Notes: generated from the letters alone by a model not told the origin. DNA of 64,000 bases from a virus (IMGVR_UViG_2791355306_000002:2603-66602), one strand, 5' to 3'; shown: positions 11,078-21,573, counted from the stretch's first letter. Numbers and translations: made by a program.

Positions 11078-13792
11078 TCACACCTTCCTAGTATTATCAT
11101 ATTTACTATCATTAAACACTGGAGAACTCATCTCTACATCTGAAGCTAAGAACAGAGATTGAGCTAAATACTCTTGATCCATTAAAGAGTAGAAGTTATC
11201 AAAATCCTCATCTCCTCCTGAACTAGTTTTACCTATTCCACCTAAAGGATTAACTCTAGAATCAACTTCTTTCTCCCAGTTCTCCTCCATCTCTTTTAGT
11301 TCATTTTGCATACCTTTTATCTTAGCTTCTAAGCTACTACCATACATATTTAGAGCTAGATTTACAGCTAAAGATATATATGTCATTGGAGATGTTAGAG
11401 CTGAAGTTATTGCTGATCCTATACCTCCACTACTTCCACCAGCACTCCACCCTATAGCAGCTCCACTTGCTGCTGCAGCTCCTACCATAGTCATCCACTC
11501 AATATCTAAGAGTACTCCTGCTATAGCTACTACTGTCCCTGTAGCTATTATAGCTACACCAACTGGAGGAAAGAAATAAGCTATTACAGCTCCGACAATC
11601 TGTATAACAGGAGCTACAAATTTAACCCAACCTTTTTGTACTTTGACTCTCTCTTTATATCTAGTCTTTATTAGTAATGAACTATTATAAGCTACAAATT
11701 TACCTCTATAAGGGATAGAGTTCCATAATCTAATAGGCATAGGTAGTCTAGGATGGATATTAGCTCCTACAAATCCATCTTGCATACTACCTTTATTTTC
11801 CCAGTCTATTTGTGTTCTATTATCATCATTAGCATTATCCCAAAATGCTTCACCCCTAGCTCTTAAACCTTTAATAGTATCTATATGCTCATATGGGTTT
11901 AGAGAATTCTCAGTAGGATAAATACTAGAGATATAAGTACCTTCTCCACTATGGGAATCCCAGTTATCACCACCAGTAGTAAAATTATAATGATATTTAA
12001 ACTCTGCTTGATATACATTTTGTGTCTCTGTTACTGTTCTATTAAAGTAAAGTTTATGGATAGGAGCGTCGATTGGTCTTCCACCCAAATCGACAGTACT
12101 ACTACTACTACCTAACTCTATTTCGAATTCAAAATACTTCTCAAGAATTTGTAAAGCTCCAGGAGAACTAGGAGATTTAAAATCTCTTAACTCAGCTTTA
12201 GCATGTCCAAAATAAAAATCAAATCTCTCTTTATTTAAATAGTTAAATACAGCATCACCAGCAGTCAGTCCTAGTCCTATACCAGTAGCTGTCCCACTAC
12301 TAGCTATGCCTCTATAAAAAAACGAGTAATCAAGAATATATTCAAAATATCCATCTTTACCATCACTAGTTACTAAGTGTAGTAAAACATTTCTATTTGA
12401 AATTTGTTGAGAGAAGAAGCATACTTCAGGAGGTTTAGTATCTCTATATCTTTTTTGAATATTTATATTTAAGAATTGTCCATGCTGACCTTTACCATCT
12501 CCACCACCACCATCATATCTGACATAGCTTACATTATTAGGTACTCTTACACTTACAAATCCCATACCACCTTCAGCTGGTACTCCAGCTATACTACAAA
12601 AGTACTTCATCACTCCTTTTAAAAATAACTGCCACTCTTTCTTTCTTCTTATGTTTTTATTTTTAAAAGGGAATAGATCTAAGAACAGTCCTATCTCAGC
12701 ATTTACTACTTTACTATTACCAGCTATACCATCTAGTATCTTCTCTTCTCTATTTTTCTTTTTATAAGGTATCTCTTCATAACCTAATCTTTGTCTTATC
12801 AATCTTGTATATCTGGCTTCTTTCTCGTCTAAGTGAATACCTTTTAAAGCTACAGGTGGAGAGAATTCAATTTTCTTATTTAATATGGTAAAAAATCTAT
12901 TATCACTCATTAGTATCTTAACTACTCTACCATTTTGTAACTCTACTAATCTAAAGTCAGCTCCATCTAATATCTCTAAGATACCTGATATATAATCAGG
13001 TAAAGATATTGTAAAGTTATTTACAAATGTTTTAGTGTATGTATCATATCCTCTACTTTCACGAATAGTACAAACTTCACAGAGATAGGTTACTTGAAAA
13101 TCATACAATCCTCCACCTAGGTAACTATATTGTAAATCTAAATAGTGTAATAAAGTATAATGAGTAGCATTATAATAGTAGTCAAGGTAAAACTCTGCTC
13201 CAAGGCCTATACCAACAACAGAAGGAGGACCTCCTTGTAAAAACCCATTTTTTTCAATGAAATTTATTTTTGAAGCATTTCTCTCTCCACCTATACCTGT
13301 TCTAAAAGCTCTTATGGCTGGTTCATTTTTCTTTTTAATTTCAGCTTTAACTTCTTTATCTATATAAGGTAAAAAGTGATCAAAGAATTCATCTAAGTCT
13401 TTTACCTTTCCTCCAGTCTCTTGCTGAAGATATCTATCCATTATATCTGTATGGATACTATTTTCTATAGTTACTACAGGACTCCCAAACTCTTTTTCTA
13501 TTTTCTTTGTATCTAATGTTTTTAAATTTCCTGTCTCATTTTTAGCAAAGGTTCTAAGTCTTCTACTCATTCCTATATGATGTATCTCTCTTAGTTTTTT
13601 AAGATTAGCTTCAAAGCTATCTTTACTACTAGCTCCATTAAATTTATTATTCAATAGAGTCTTTAGAGCTGTAACCTCTAAAGAATACATATTATTATCT
13701 TCTCTATTTATCTTAATAGTCTTATCGTATCTATCAACTACAGTAGGAACATATAGGTCAAAGTACCAATCTACATGTTTATTAGAACCCAT
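11078..13792 (-). CDS. Large virion structural protein (N4 gp53-like position)
   Basis: 904 aa, C-terminal Gly/Ala-rich hydrophobic segment, synteny. Confidence 0.6.
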   Translation of the reverse strand: MGSNKHVDWYFDLYVPTVVDRYDKTIKINREDNNMYSLEVTALKTLLNNKFNGASSKDSFEANLKKLREIHHIGMSRRLRTFAKNETGNLKTLDTKKIEKEFGSPVVTIENSIHTDIMDRYLQQETGGKVKDLDEFFDHFLPYIDKEVKAEIKKKNEPAIRAFRTGIGGERNASKINFIEKNGFLQGGPPSVVGIGLGAEFYLDYYYNATHYTLLHYLDLQYSYLGGGLYDFQVTYLCEVCTIRESRGYDTYTKTFVNNFTISLPDYISGILEILDGADFRLVELQNGRVVKILMSDNRFFTILNKKIEFSPPVALKGIHLDEKEARYTRLIRQRLGYEEIPYKKKNREEKILDGIAGNSKVVNAEIGLFLDLFPFKNKNIRRKKEWQLFLKGVMKYFCSIAGVPAEGGMGFVSVRVPNNVSYVRYDGGGGDGKGQHGQFLNINIQKRYRDTKPPEVCFFSQQISNRNVLLHLVTSDGKDGYFEYILDYSFFYRGIASSGTATGIGLGLTAGDAVFNYLNKERFDFYFGHAKAELRDFKSPSSPGALQILEKYFEFEIELGSSSSTVDLGGRPIDAPIHKLYFNRTVTETQNVYQAEFKYHYNFTTGGDNWDSHSGEGTYISSIYPTENSLNPYEHIDTIKGLRARGEAFWDNANDDNRTQIDWENKGSMQDGFVGANIHPRLPMPIRLWNSIPYRGKFVAYNSSLLIKTRYKERVKVQKGWVKFVAPVIQIVGAVIAYFFPPVGVAIIATGTVVAIAGVLLDIEWMTMVGAAAASGAAIGWSAGGSSGGIGSAITSALTSPMTYISLAVNLALNMYGSSLEAKIKGMQNELKEMEENWEKEVDSRVNPLGGIGKTSSGGDEDFDNFYSLMDQEYLAQSLFLASDVEMSSPVFNDSKYDNTRKV

Positions 13793-13800
13793 TTATAACC

Positions 13801-14388
13801 TTATTTCTTTTTATATTTAGGGTGAGAAGGAAACCTAGTAGCTAGTGAATTATAAGTCTCTGTTAGGTTAGATCTATTTAGTGGTCCTAAAGCATTATCA
13901 CCATCACCTAGATCAACCATACCTGAACTAAATATCATAGAGAAGGCATCAAATTGAGTCTGTAACAATTTAATACCTATATTATCATCATAACCGTCTA
14001 TTTGTCTTTGAGCTACAGCTTCTTCCATATCAGCTTTTCTATTCTTGATACAAAACTCAGTAACATTAGCATTGTCTTTCATATCTAAATCTCTTTGTTT
14101 TAAAGCTAAGTCTTTACTTAGTTGTATCCAAGCCATAGATTGAACTGAAGCTATCTGCAACATCTGAATATAAGCAGAAGCAAAATCACTACCTAATATC
14201 CTACCATTATCAAATTGGATCTCTATATTCTTACCTAGTACATTTATAAATGTATCTAAAATAGCACTCCCTTCCCACTCAAAAAACTGATTTTTCTTGA
14301 CCTTCTTACCATTAGTAAGGTCTTTTATATTCATAGATATATCAGCTTGTTTAGTAGGAGTATATGTACAATTTACAGCCATAATCAA
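13801..14388 (-). CDS. Virion structural protein (N4 gp54-like)
   Basis: Synteny; QFDNGRILGSDFASAY segment. Confidence 0.6.
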   Translation of the reverse strand: MIMAVNCTYTPTKQADISMNIKDLTNGKKVKKNQFFEWEGSAILDTFINVLGKNIEIQFDNGRILGSDFASAYIQMLQIASVQSMAWIQLSKDLALKQRDLDMKDNANVTEFCIKNRKADMEEAVAQRQIDGYDDNIGIKLLQTQFDAFSMIFSSGMVDLGDGDNALGPLNRSNLTETYNSLATRFPSHPKYKKK

Positions 14389-14771
14389 TCCTCATATACT
14401 ACTGAATACTTAGCTATCATCTTTACAGTCATATTACCACTACCTTTTGGATCTGGCACATGTACTTGAACTTTAGCTTCAGCTAGATTATCACATAAAG
14501 CTTGTTCTAACTCTATTGATGTATCTAGTGGAATTATCTTACCTAGTGAGAAATAAGCATTATCACAATTAGCATAAGCTGATGTAACTAGATGTGAGTC
14601 TCTAGGATCATTATAATGTACTATTACTCTTCTTAGTTTCTTAGCAGCTTTCTCTACTTCTTTAGCTACTTGTGCCATTGTAGGTACATTTGTTTTAACA
14701 TTAACAGTCTCTACTTGTGGTTGTTCTACTTGTGTAGATTCTACTTGCTGAGTTACTTTTTTAGTTGCCAT
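14385..14771 (-). CDS. Conserved N4 gp55-like protein
   Basis: Directly downstream of the capsid gene. Confidence 0.55.
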   Translation of the reverse strand: MATKKVTQQVESTQVEQPQVETVNVKTNVPTMAQVAKEVEKAAKKLRRVIVHYNDPRDSHLVTSAYANCDNAYFSLGKIIPLDTSIELEQALCDNLAEAKVQVHVPDPKGSGNMTVKMIAKYSVVYED

Positions 14772-14798
14772 AGTTATCCTTTATATTTATATTAGTAA

Positions 14799-14818
14799 TC
14801 CCCTAGAAAACTAGGGGA
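14799..14818 (-). terminator. Hairpin after major capsid gene
   Basis: TCCCCTAG-AAAA-CTAGGGGA inverted repeat. Confidence 0.55.
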
Positions 14819-14832
14819 GAAATGTTTATGTA

Positions 14833-16068
14833 TTAGCGACTAGCTAGTACAAGACCTTTTAGTAGTTTTTCTTCTTGAGTAATGATACTTGCATACCAGA
14901 AGTTATAACTAAAGAATCCTTTAGTTCCAAATGGGTTGCTATGTTCTACTTGAGATGGAGACTTAGCATGGAATACAATCTTATTATGACCTTTTAGACC
15001 AACAGTAGCAAAGCTACCTTTAGTTGGATATAGGATTGGGAATACATCAAATTTAGCTCCATTACCAATCTCACCTGTATAACTAAGCTCACCTACATAA
15101 CCAGTAGGAACATCTGTACCTTTACCACGATATACCATAGCTGTCTCGCTTAGTACAAAGCGAGTGTCATGCATTTGACCAATCTCATTCTCAGCTAGGT
15201 TAGAGCTTGAAGCATATTTATAAGCAGGGATAAATACAAACTCTTTTTCCATATCTTTACCACGAGTTAGTAGATCTAGGTCAAATTTAATCTCAGGACC
15301 TACAATAGCGTAGTAAGCTGAATTTACTGGAGAGCTACCTACTTTATTACTACCTGTAACGATACTTGTAGTTTTCTCAGCTCTGTTTCTTAGAAGTTTC
15401 ATTTCACATCTTCTAATAAAATCATAACTAATTTTATACTCATGGTCTAATGTACCATCAGCAGTAATACCTACACCCATAGTAGCTAAGCTTGTAGCAG
15501 CTCCTGAGTACATTACTGTATTAGTTGATAGCATATCATTTTGTAGTAGATCTTCATATAGTAAGTTAGCATGTTGTCCTAACTCTTCTCTATATCTTAC
15601 TTGAATATCATCATTACTAAAGATATCTGCTTCATCAGTATAAGTTAGCATTGCTCCATATCTATTTAGATTAGTTTTAAGGTTGATCTTTTTAAGATTT
15701 ACTAGCTCACCACTATCAGCTCCTTCAGCTAGTCTTAAAGTAGCAAAACCACCACTTACATCTTCTAGATTTCTACTAGCTATAAAACCATATTTAGCAA
15801 ACTCTGGACCAGCTACATCTCTATCATAGTGTCTAAACCATCTTGATACAACATATTCTTTACCATACTTTGTAGGCATCTCTCTTTTATCAGCAAATTG
15901 TTGATAAACATTGATAGCATTAGCTGCTTCAATACCAGCTCTATCATAGTACTTTAGATATACATTCTCACCATGAGTAGAGTTATTACCTGCTTTATAC
16001 TCATGTCTCTCACCAGCTGCTGCTAGTACCTTACCTGTAAAACCTTTACTTTTTAAAATTTCAAACAT
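14833..16068 (-). CDS. Major capsid protein (N4 gp56 family)
   Basis: 411 aa; MPTKYGK, ENEIG, FDVFPIL, SFATVG, NPFGTKGFFS motifs typical of N4-type MCP. Confidence 0.9.
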   Translation of the reverse strand: MFEILKSKGFTGKVLAAAGERHEYKAGNNSTHGENVYLKYYDRAGIEAANAINVYQQFADKREMPTKYGKEYVVSRWFRHYDRDVAGPEFAKYGFIASRNLEDVSGGFATLRLAEGADSGELVNLKKINLKTNLNRYGAMLTYTDEADIFSNDDIQVRYREELGQHANLLYEDLLQNDMLSTNTVMYSGAATSLATMGVGITADGTLDHEYKISYDFIRRCEMKLLRNRAEKTTSIVTGSNKVGSSPVNSAYYAIVGPEIKFDLDLLTRGKDMEKEFVFIPAYKYASSSNLAENEIGQMHDTRFVLSETAMVYRGKGTDVPTGYVGELSYTGEIGNGAKFDVFPILYPTKGSFATVGLKGHNKIVFHAKSPSQVEHSNPFGTKGFFSYNFWYASIITQEEKLLKGLVLASR

Positions 16069-16084
16069 TAATTAACCACCTTTT

Positions 16085-17077
16085 TTAATATTGTCTTTGA
16101 AGCTTACTTCTCCAAGCATGATAATCCTCATCACTTAGCTCTTCATCTAAATAGTCAATAACTGTTTTTTTATCAGCTCTAGCTGATGGCAATGAAGCTG
16201 CTAATTTATTATCTCTATTAATTGGAGTAGTAGCTTTTATTTGTTGTTGAGATTTGATCTGATTTTGAGTATTTACATTTTTTAAATACTCACTACCTGC
16301 TTCCATGTAGTATTTTAGAAATGGTTGAGAATAACCATCTATCATAGCTCTTTTCTCAGCATATGGTAGTACTTGATCAAATAAACCTGATTTAATATCT
16401 TGATGTAATCCTGCTAACATAGCAGGGTTATTATTAATAGCTGTTTTAGAATTCTCATCTAGTTTAGAGTATATATCTGAAGTTCGGCTAAATTCAGAAT
16501 CTTTAGATATATCAGCAATCATCTCTTTCATATCTAATTGTGATTCATGTACTCTATACTCTGTAGGAGTGTAATCACTACTATCAGGTATATCATATAC
16601 ATCTATCTTACTATCACTTACTATTTTTGCTATAGCCTCTTTATTACCTTTTTTCAAATCTATTAAAAGATTAATATCTTCTGCTGATAATCCATTTTGT
16701 TCCATAGCAGCTATCATTGTTCTATATGGTTTAAGAGCTGTTGTTTTCTTTACATAATCCATACCTTTTGAAGCCATCTGTTTTAGCTCATCGATACTCA
16801 TATCATACTCTTTACCATTAGCTTTAATAGTATAAATATCATTGTTTTTTACAGATTCCTGTGAAGCTTCCTCACTAGCCTCGATTGGTTCTTCTGTGTT
16901 ACTACTTTCATACTCTATACTGTTTTCATCTACTTCATCTTCCTTGACTACTTCTTCACTATTTTCATTACTTATTTCTTCTTCGGTTTGCATTTTGCCA
17001 TTTGCCACCTCCTCTTCGTATTTTACTCTTTGAAATTCTTTTTCTAACTCTTCAGTACTCATATTATCATAATCCAT
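16085..17077 (-). CDS. N4 gp57-like protein (scaffold/tape-measure annotated family)
   Basis: Acidic N-terminus, IKANGKE and MASKGMDYVKK motifs, upstream of MCP. Confidence 0.7.
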   Translation of the reverse strand: MDYDNMSTEELEKEFQRVKYEEEVANGKMQTEEEISNENSEEVVKEDEVDENSIEYESSNTEEPIEASEEASQESVKNNDIYTIKANGKEYDMSIDELKQMASKGMDYVKKTTALKPYRTMIAAMEQNGLSAEDINLLIDLKKGNKEAIAKIVSDSKIDVYDIPDSSDYTPTEYRVHESQLDMKEMIADISKDSEFSRTSDIYSKLDENSKTAINNNPAMLAGLHQDIKSGLFDQVLPYAEKRAMIDGYSQPFLKYYMEAGSEYLKNVNTQNQIKSQQQIKATTPINRDNKLAASLPSARADKKTVIDYLDEELSDEDYHAWRSKLQRQY

Positions 17078-17080
17078 ATC

Positions 17081-17392
17081 TTACTCCTCTGTACTTACTG
17101 GGTTAGCTTTTTGATATCTAGCAGAAGCTCCTAAGGCTCTAATTGTCTCTAGATATTCACCAAATGTAGATACTGCTACAAGCATTTCAATTATATCTGT
17201 TCTTTTACCTTGAGCTTTGATTGTATGATTAGCTAACAAACTATTAGCTCTTAATACCTCATCTCTCATATATCCATCTAATATAACTTTTTGAAAATCT
17301 TTATTTTTCTCTAGGCGTTCTAATGCTTCAACCATCTTAATCTTTTCTTCTGTATCATTTTCTACAGATAGTAGTACATCGTGTTTATTCAT
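17081..17392 (-). CDS. N4 gp58-like protein
   Basis: ALERLEKNKDFQKVILDGY; between portal and gp57-like gene. Confidence 0.65.
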   Translation of the reverse strand: MNKHDVLLSVENDTEEKIKMVEALERLEKNKDFQKVILDGYMRDEVLRANSLLANHTIKAQGKRTDIIEMLVAVSTFGEYLETIRALGASARYQKANPVSTEE

Positions 17393-17401
17393 TCTCTTCC
17401 T

Positions 17402-19678
17402 TTATATATGTTTATTCTTTGCTATGTTTTCTAAGAGTTTTAAATTCTCTTTATCCATATTAAATTTATGCTTTGCAGCTTCCATCTCTAAAGCATTTGC
17501 TTGTTTAGCTTTCTCATTTACTCCATAGAATTTTTGTAAATAGTCTAGATCAGTACTATCAGTATTAGATTCTATATTTGCTGCTTTTGCTAACTCTGTC
17601 TTAGTCTTAGCTTCTTTTAGTCTAGAGTCTATCTCAGCTCTACCACCTTTAGCTCTTTCGTTTTCTATTTGAGCTTCTAACATTTGTATTTGAAGTTCTT
17701 GTAATCTTTGAGCAAGTGGATCAGGCTGAGGCTCGTACTCTCTAATACTTTTAGCTAACTCAGGTTTTTTATATAAATCACAAATATCAGCTATAATCAT
17801 CTTTCTAAGATTAGGATCTTCACTAGGTCCTATAGTTTGAAGTAAAAAGCTTAGCTCACTAGCAGTAGCTTTATTATCCTCACTTGTTGAAATAGCTAGA
17901 TCAATATCTATTCTAGCTCCTAAATCATCTCTTTTAAGCCATATAAACTCCTCATTAGTTATTCTATATTGTGTCTCTTCATCTAAGAATTCAGCATCAT
18001 AAGCTAACCATTTTCTTAGAATTGGTTTAACCATATTCTCAGCAATGTTTCTTACAATGTTTAATCTCCTAGCTGCAGCACTATCCATAATAGCAGTAGT
18101 AGCTGTAGCTGTACTACCTAATGAATTGCTATGCATACCTTGATAGAAATTCTTAACTCCAGTAATACTCTCAGCTTCAGCATTTAACATTTGAAGCATA
18201 TTAAATGTTGAACTTGGAAACTCATTAAAGTGTCCATCATAGAAGTCATTAGGAGTACCATTAAACTCAAAGTTCTCACCATTTAAAAACTTAACTCTGT
18301 TATACTCATCTAAAGCTCCATTTCTTACACCCTTTTGACCATTATTGCTCATAGCCATATTATCTATAAGCCCTCTAATGATTGCTGTTTGAATCTTTTG
18401 AGTATCACTTAATAACTCAGCATTACTCTCACCATATAAGCTAAATGGTATTGAGTTAAATGGTACTACTATAAATGGTGGTTGCTTATCAGGGAATGGA
18501 TTATCTCTTAGTTGAATTATTACATCATTAACCCATGTACATACAATAGCTTCAGCTTCTCCATCACCATCAATATCATAATTACCCCAGTACTCATGTA
18601 CTACTACTTTCTTTCTAGCAATATCAGAGAATTCAAATGAACTATCATATCCTTCATCATCTCTAGTTTTAGATACATACTCACTATCTCTTAGAGTATG
18701 AGATACTTTATCTAAGTTCTTATATACTCCAGCTCTTTTTAAAGTAGTCATATCAGTCTCATATCTATAGATTACAAACTGACAATTATCCATATTATCT
18801 TGACAAGTAGGATCTATAAATATATCTTCATTTCTACATACCATAGCTGTAGGTCTATTACATACTGGTTTTAATCTCTCAATGATTCTAGGTACTTCTA
18901 TGGTTTGTGGAATTGATTGTAGTTGTTCTTGCAAGGCTTGTAGTTGTTGTTCTAGATTAGAATATTCAGCCATCATCTGCTGAGTACCAGCTACTACTTG
19001 TGGATCTATTACTCCACTAGCTACAGCTTGATCTACACTTAGACCTTGCTGCTCAAGCATAGCTAAACTATTTTGAGACTCTTTTACCATAGGAGCTATC
19101 TGTTCTAGATTAGCTTGAATAGCCATAGCTTGTTCTTGTAACATTATAAAATCAGGATTAGGTTGTTCTTCAAATATCTGTTCTTTAATAACCTTTTCTT
19201 TATACTCCCAACCAGTTCTAATAACTACAGTACCTTCTTGATCTAAAACTTTAATAGCTTTATTCATAAAGTTAAATCTATCAAACTGTCTGCAAAACTG
19301 AGTATTTAATAATATCTCTATCTTAGGACTAACCTCTTTATCTTCCCAAGTTACTGGCTTAGCTCTAATGATATCTGGAGTAGATACAAATGGATCTACT
19401 AATCCAGCATGTTGCCATTCACTTTGTTTTTTAATTAGTCTATAAACAAATTTACTTCTATTCTTTTTCTCATTACCATAAAGCTCACCATTGTACTCTC
19501 TTCTCCAAGTATTAATCTTAGAATCATTTCTACTCTTTAATCTCTTAGAAGCTTCAAAGTCAGCTTTAAGATTTTTAAGTATCTCATTTTTATTAATCTT
19601 CACTTTTACTTTCTCTTGCGAGTTTAGTGGAGATTTATTAGTTTGAGGTAGTACATTATTAATCAAATCAGTTATCAA
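17402..19678 (-). CDS. Portal protein (N4 gp59 family)
   Basis: 758 aa; LIKKQSEW, DEGT-like segment, IFIDPTC, NPFPDKQPPF, AESITGVK. Confidence 0.88.
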   Translation of the reverse strand: MITDLINNVLPQTNKSPLNSQEKVKVKINKNEILKNLKADFEASKRLKSRNDSKINTWRREYNGELYGNEKKNRSKFVYRLIKKQSEWQHAGLVDPFVSTPDIIRAKPVTWEDKEVSPKIEILLNTQFCRQFDRFNFMNKAIKVLDQEGTVVIRTGWEYKEKVIKEQIFEEQPNPDFIMLQEQAMAIQANLEQIAPMVKESQNSLAMLEQQGLSVDQAVASGVIDPQVVAGTQQMMAEYSNLEQQLQALQEQLQSIPQTIEVPRIIERLKPVCNRPTAMVCRNEDIFIDPTCQDNMDNCQFVIYRYETDMTTLKRAGVYKNLDKVSHTLRDSEYVSKTRDDEGYDSSFEFSDIARKKVVVHEYWGNYDIDGDGEAEAIVCTWVNDVIIQLRDNPFPDKQPPFIVVPFNSIPFSLYGESNAELLSDTQKIQTAIIRGLIDNMAMSNNGQKGVRNGALDEYNRVKFLNGENFEFNGTPNDFYDGHFNEFPSSTFNMLQMLNAEAESITGVKNFYQGMHSNSLGSTATATTAIMDSAAARRLNIVRNIAENMVKPILRKWLAYDAEFLDEETQYRITNEEFIWLKRDDLGARIDIDLAISTSEDNKATASELSFLLQTIGPSEDPNLRKMIIADICDLYKKPELAKSIREYEPQPDPLAQRLQELQIQMLEAQIENERAKGGRAEIDSRLKEAKTKTELAKAANIESNTDSTDLDYLQKFYGVNEKAKQANALEMEAAKHKFNMDKENLKLLENIAKNKHI

Positions 19679-19718
19679 ATATAATCCTTAAATTTACTTT
19701 AATCTAAAATTAAAACGG

Positions 19719-19727
19719 ATTATATCA
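19719..19727 (-). promoter_or_regulatory. Extended -10 (TGATATAAT) upstream of portal
   Basis: Exact TGnTATAAT. Confidence 0.65.
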
Positions 19728-19861
19728 TAAAAATTAAATAAAAGTGTAATAATTTAGTTTTTCATGAATTTAAAATACCTAAATGTTAAAGGAAAATGAA
19801 GTATAAATTTAGTAATATTATACTCTACTACAAATATTAATAACTTCTATAAAAAAGAAAG

Positions 19862-20251
19862 ATGGGACTAGTTTTGTATGGTAAATGGAATAGAATTAAA
19901 AAAGAAATAAACAATAAAGAGAATAAAAGAATCAAAGTAGGAAAAATTTACTGGGTACATGTTGGTTACAATATAGGGTCTGAAGTTTATGGAAAAGGAA
20001 ATAAATTTGTAAGACCTGTTTTAGTTGTAAAACAAATAAACAATATAGGATTATTCCTAGGAATACCACTTAGTTCAAGAAATAATAAATTATATTACGA
20101 ATTTATAGATTCTAAAAATAAAGTACAATATGCAATGATGTTTCAGATTAGAACATTTAGTAGTAAAAGAGTAATAAACTTATATGGAGCTATAGATGAT
20201 AAAAGTCTATTAGATATAAAAAACAAAATAAAAGACCTATATAATTTATAG
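19862..20251 (+). CDS. PemK/MazF-family endoribonuclease toxin
   Basis: GKIYWVHVGYNIGSEVYGKG..FVRPVLVV..GIPLSS..QIRTFSSKR. Confidence 0.85.
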   Translation: MGLVLYGKWNRIKKEINNKENKRIKVGKIYWVHVGYNIGSEVYGKGNKFVRPVLVVKQINNIGLFLGIPLSSRNNKLYYEFIDSKNKVQYAMMFQIRTFSSKRVINLYGAIDDKSLLDIKNKIKDLYNL

Positions 20252-20350
20252 GTCTAAAATACCCCAGCTACTAGGCTGGGTACTCTAAAGCATAAGCTTT
20301 GAGCTTGTTCTCTTTACAGAGCAAAATACTCTAGAATTTCACCTAGAGAC
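20225..20350 (-). ncRNA. Candidate structured RNA convergent with pemK
   Basis: Five consecutive hairpins, GUAA tetraloop on the minus strand, TATAAT at 20352-20357 (minus), final 9-bp stem followed by a U-rich tract. Confidence 0.5.
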
Positions 20351-20426
20351 AATTATATTTTAATATAAAATATAAGTATAATTATATAAGATATGTTCTT
20401 AATTTTTACTTATAAAGGAATAAACA

Positions 20427-20549
20427 ATGGATGGTCAAACTTTAATACTAACAATAACTCTAATATTAGGAGCTTTTGTAGCTTATAAATTGCTAACTAC
20501 AAAAGATAAATCAGAAGATATTAATAATCATAAATTACATCATAGTTAA
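20427..20549 (+). CDS. 40-aa single-TM peptide, type I toxin-like (MDGQTLILTITLILGAFVAYKLLTTKDKSEDINNHKLHHS)
   Basis: AAAGGA RBS, TATAAT at ~20377, hydrophobic helix plus charged tail. Confidence 0.7.
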   Translation: MDGQTLILTITLILGAFVAYKLLTTKDKSEDINNHKLHHS

Positions 20550-20600
20550 AAGTCCAAGTCCCATTAAGGGACTCGGTTAATATCCGTAGATATTAAGATA
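20545..20600 (-). ncRNA. Candidate antisense RNA convergent with the 40-aa peptide gene
   Basis: TGCTATAAT at 20606-20614 (minus); cUACGg-capped hairpin 20577-20596; GC-rich hairpin 20557-20573 then U run. Confidence 0.55.
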
Positions 20601-20737
20601 AAGGTATTATAGCAGATTATTCTTTAATCCTATTTAAATTTACCATACCTTGTAACATCATTCCTAACTCTTTATACTTTTGAATATCATCTTTAGCTTT
20701 ATTGATTTTTCAGAATAAATTATAATAAAAGCAAAAA

Positions 20738-21466
20738 TTAATTGTCATTTTTATTTTTATTAATAAAAACAGATGAAAGGATATCAATATGCTCCAACAA
20801 ACCTTTTTTAATTTGAGTTTCTGGAACTCTCATTGGATCTAATTGAACAATAATCCCTTCTTTTCTAGCGTGTTTAACAGCAGGGATAAAATCACTATCT
20901 GCTGTGATTAAAATTATTTTTTCTGCTTGGTGTTTATTTGCTAAAGTTGCAATATCAAGTCCTATTTTCATATCGACACCCTTTTGTTTAATATCTAAAA
21001 CAAAATCTTCGTTTGTAAGCTCACAAATGTCTATTTCTTTGCGTAGAATTTTTTTAAATTTATCATAATCTCTAAATTTCCATTGAAACGAATTTTCATC
21101 GATTTCACCTAATCTTACAGCAAAATAAGGTTGCTTTCTTAGATGATTTAAAAGTTCGCTTCTAAATTTATATGTTGTGGTTTTGCTTAAGTTCTTAGAT
21201 TTATCAGTTCTTTCTATAGGTGGCATAGGAACATTTTTATCTAATGGTTCGCAATCGTAAATATAAACTCTATACAAATAATCTTCATTTCTTCTAAGCG
21301 TTTCCCATACATAGGCTTTTAATCTCTTAGCCAATTCTTTAGCCTCCATTGTTTTAATACTCTTGTGAGTATTATATCTTTCAATAAAAAAAGAGAGATC
21401 TACAAGAACTGCAGTCTTTTTAGGCTGAATAATTGAAAATTCTATATTTGGATTACTTGAATTCAT
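20738..21466 (-). CDS. NYN-domain (LabA/DUF88, PIN-fold) nuclease
   Basis: AVLVDLSF, QKGVDMKIGLD, ITADSDFIPAVKHARKEG. Confidence 0.88.
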   Translation of the reverse strand: MNSSNPNIEFSIIQPKKTAVLVDLSFFIERYNTHKSIKTMEAKELAKRLKAYVWETLRRNEDYLYRVYIYDCEPLDKNVPMPPIERTDKSKNLSKTTTYKFRSELLNHLRKQPYFAVRLGEIDENSFQWKFRDYDKFKKILRKEIDICELTNEDFVLDIKQKGVDMKIGLDIATLANKHQAEKIILITADSDFIPAVKHARKEGIIVQLDPMRVPETQIKKGLLEHIDILSSVFINKNKNDN

Positions 21467-21573
21467 TGTTACGTAGTCCTAATTTACTAAATTGGAAGCA
21501 CAAAGAGTCGTCAATTTAAAAATATGATGTTAAAAAGACCCCTCTATGTGCTAATGATAGTGAAATTATATCA
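21467..21573 (-). promoter_or_regulatory. Promoter (TGATATAAT 21565-21573) and structured ~90-nt leader of the NYN gene
   Basis: Stem 21497-21507/21542-21552 (10 of 11 paired) and a second hairpin over the SD. Confidence 0.55.
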
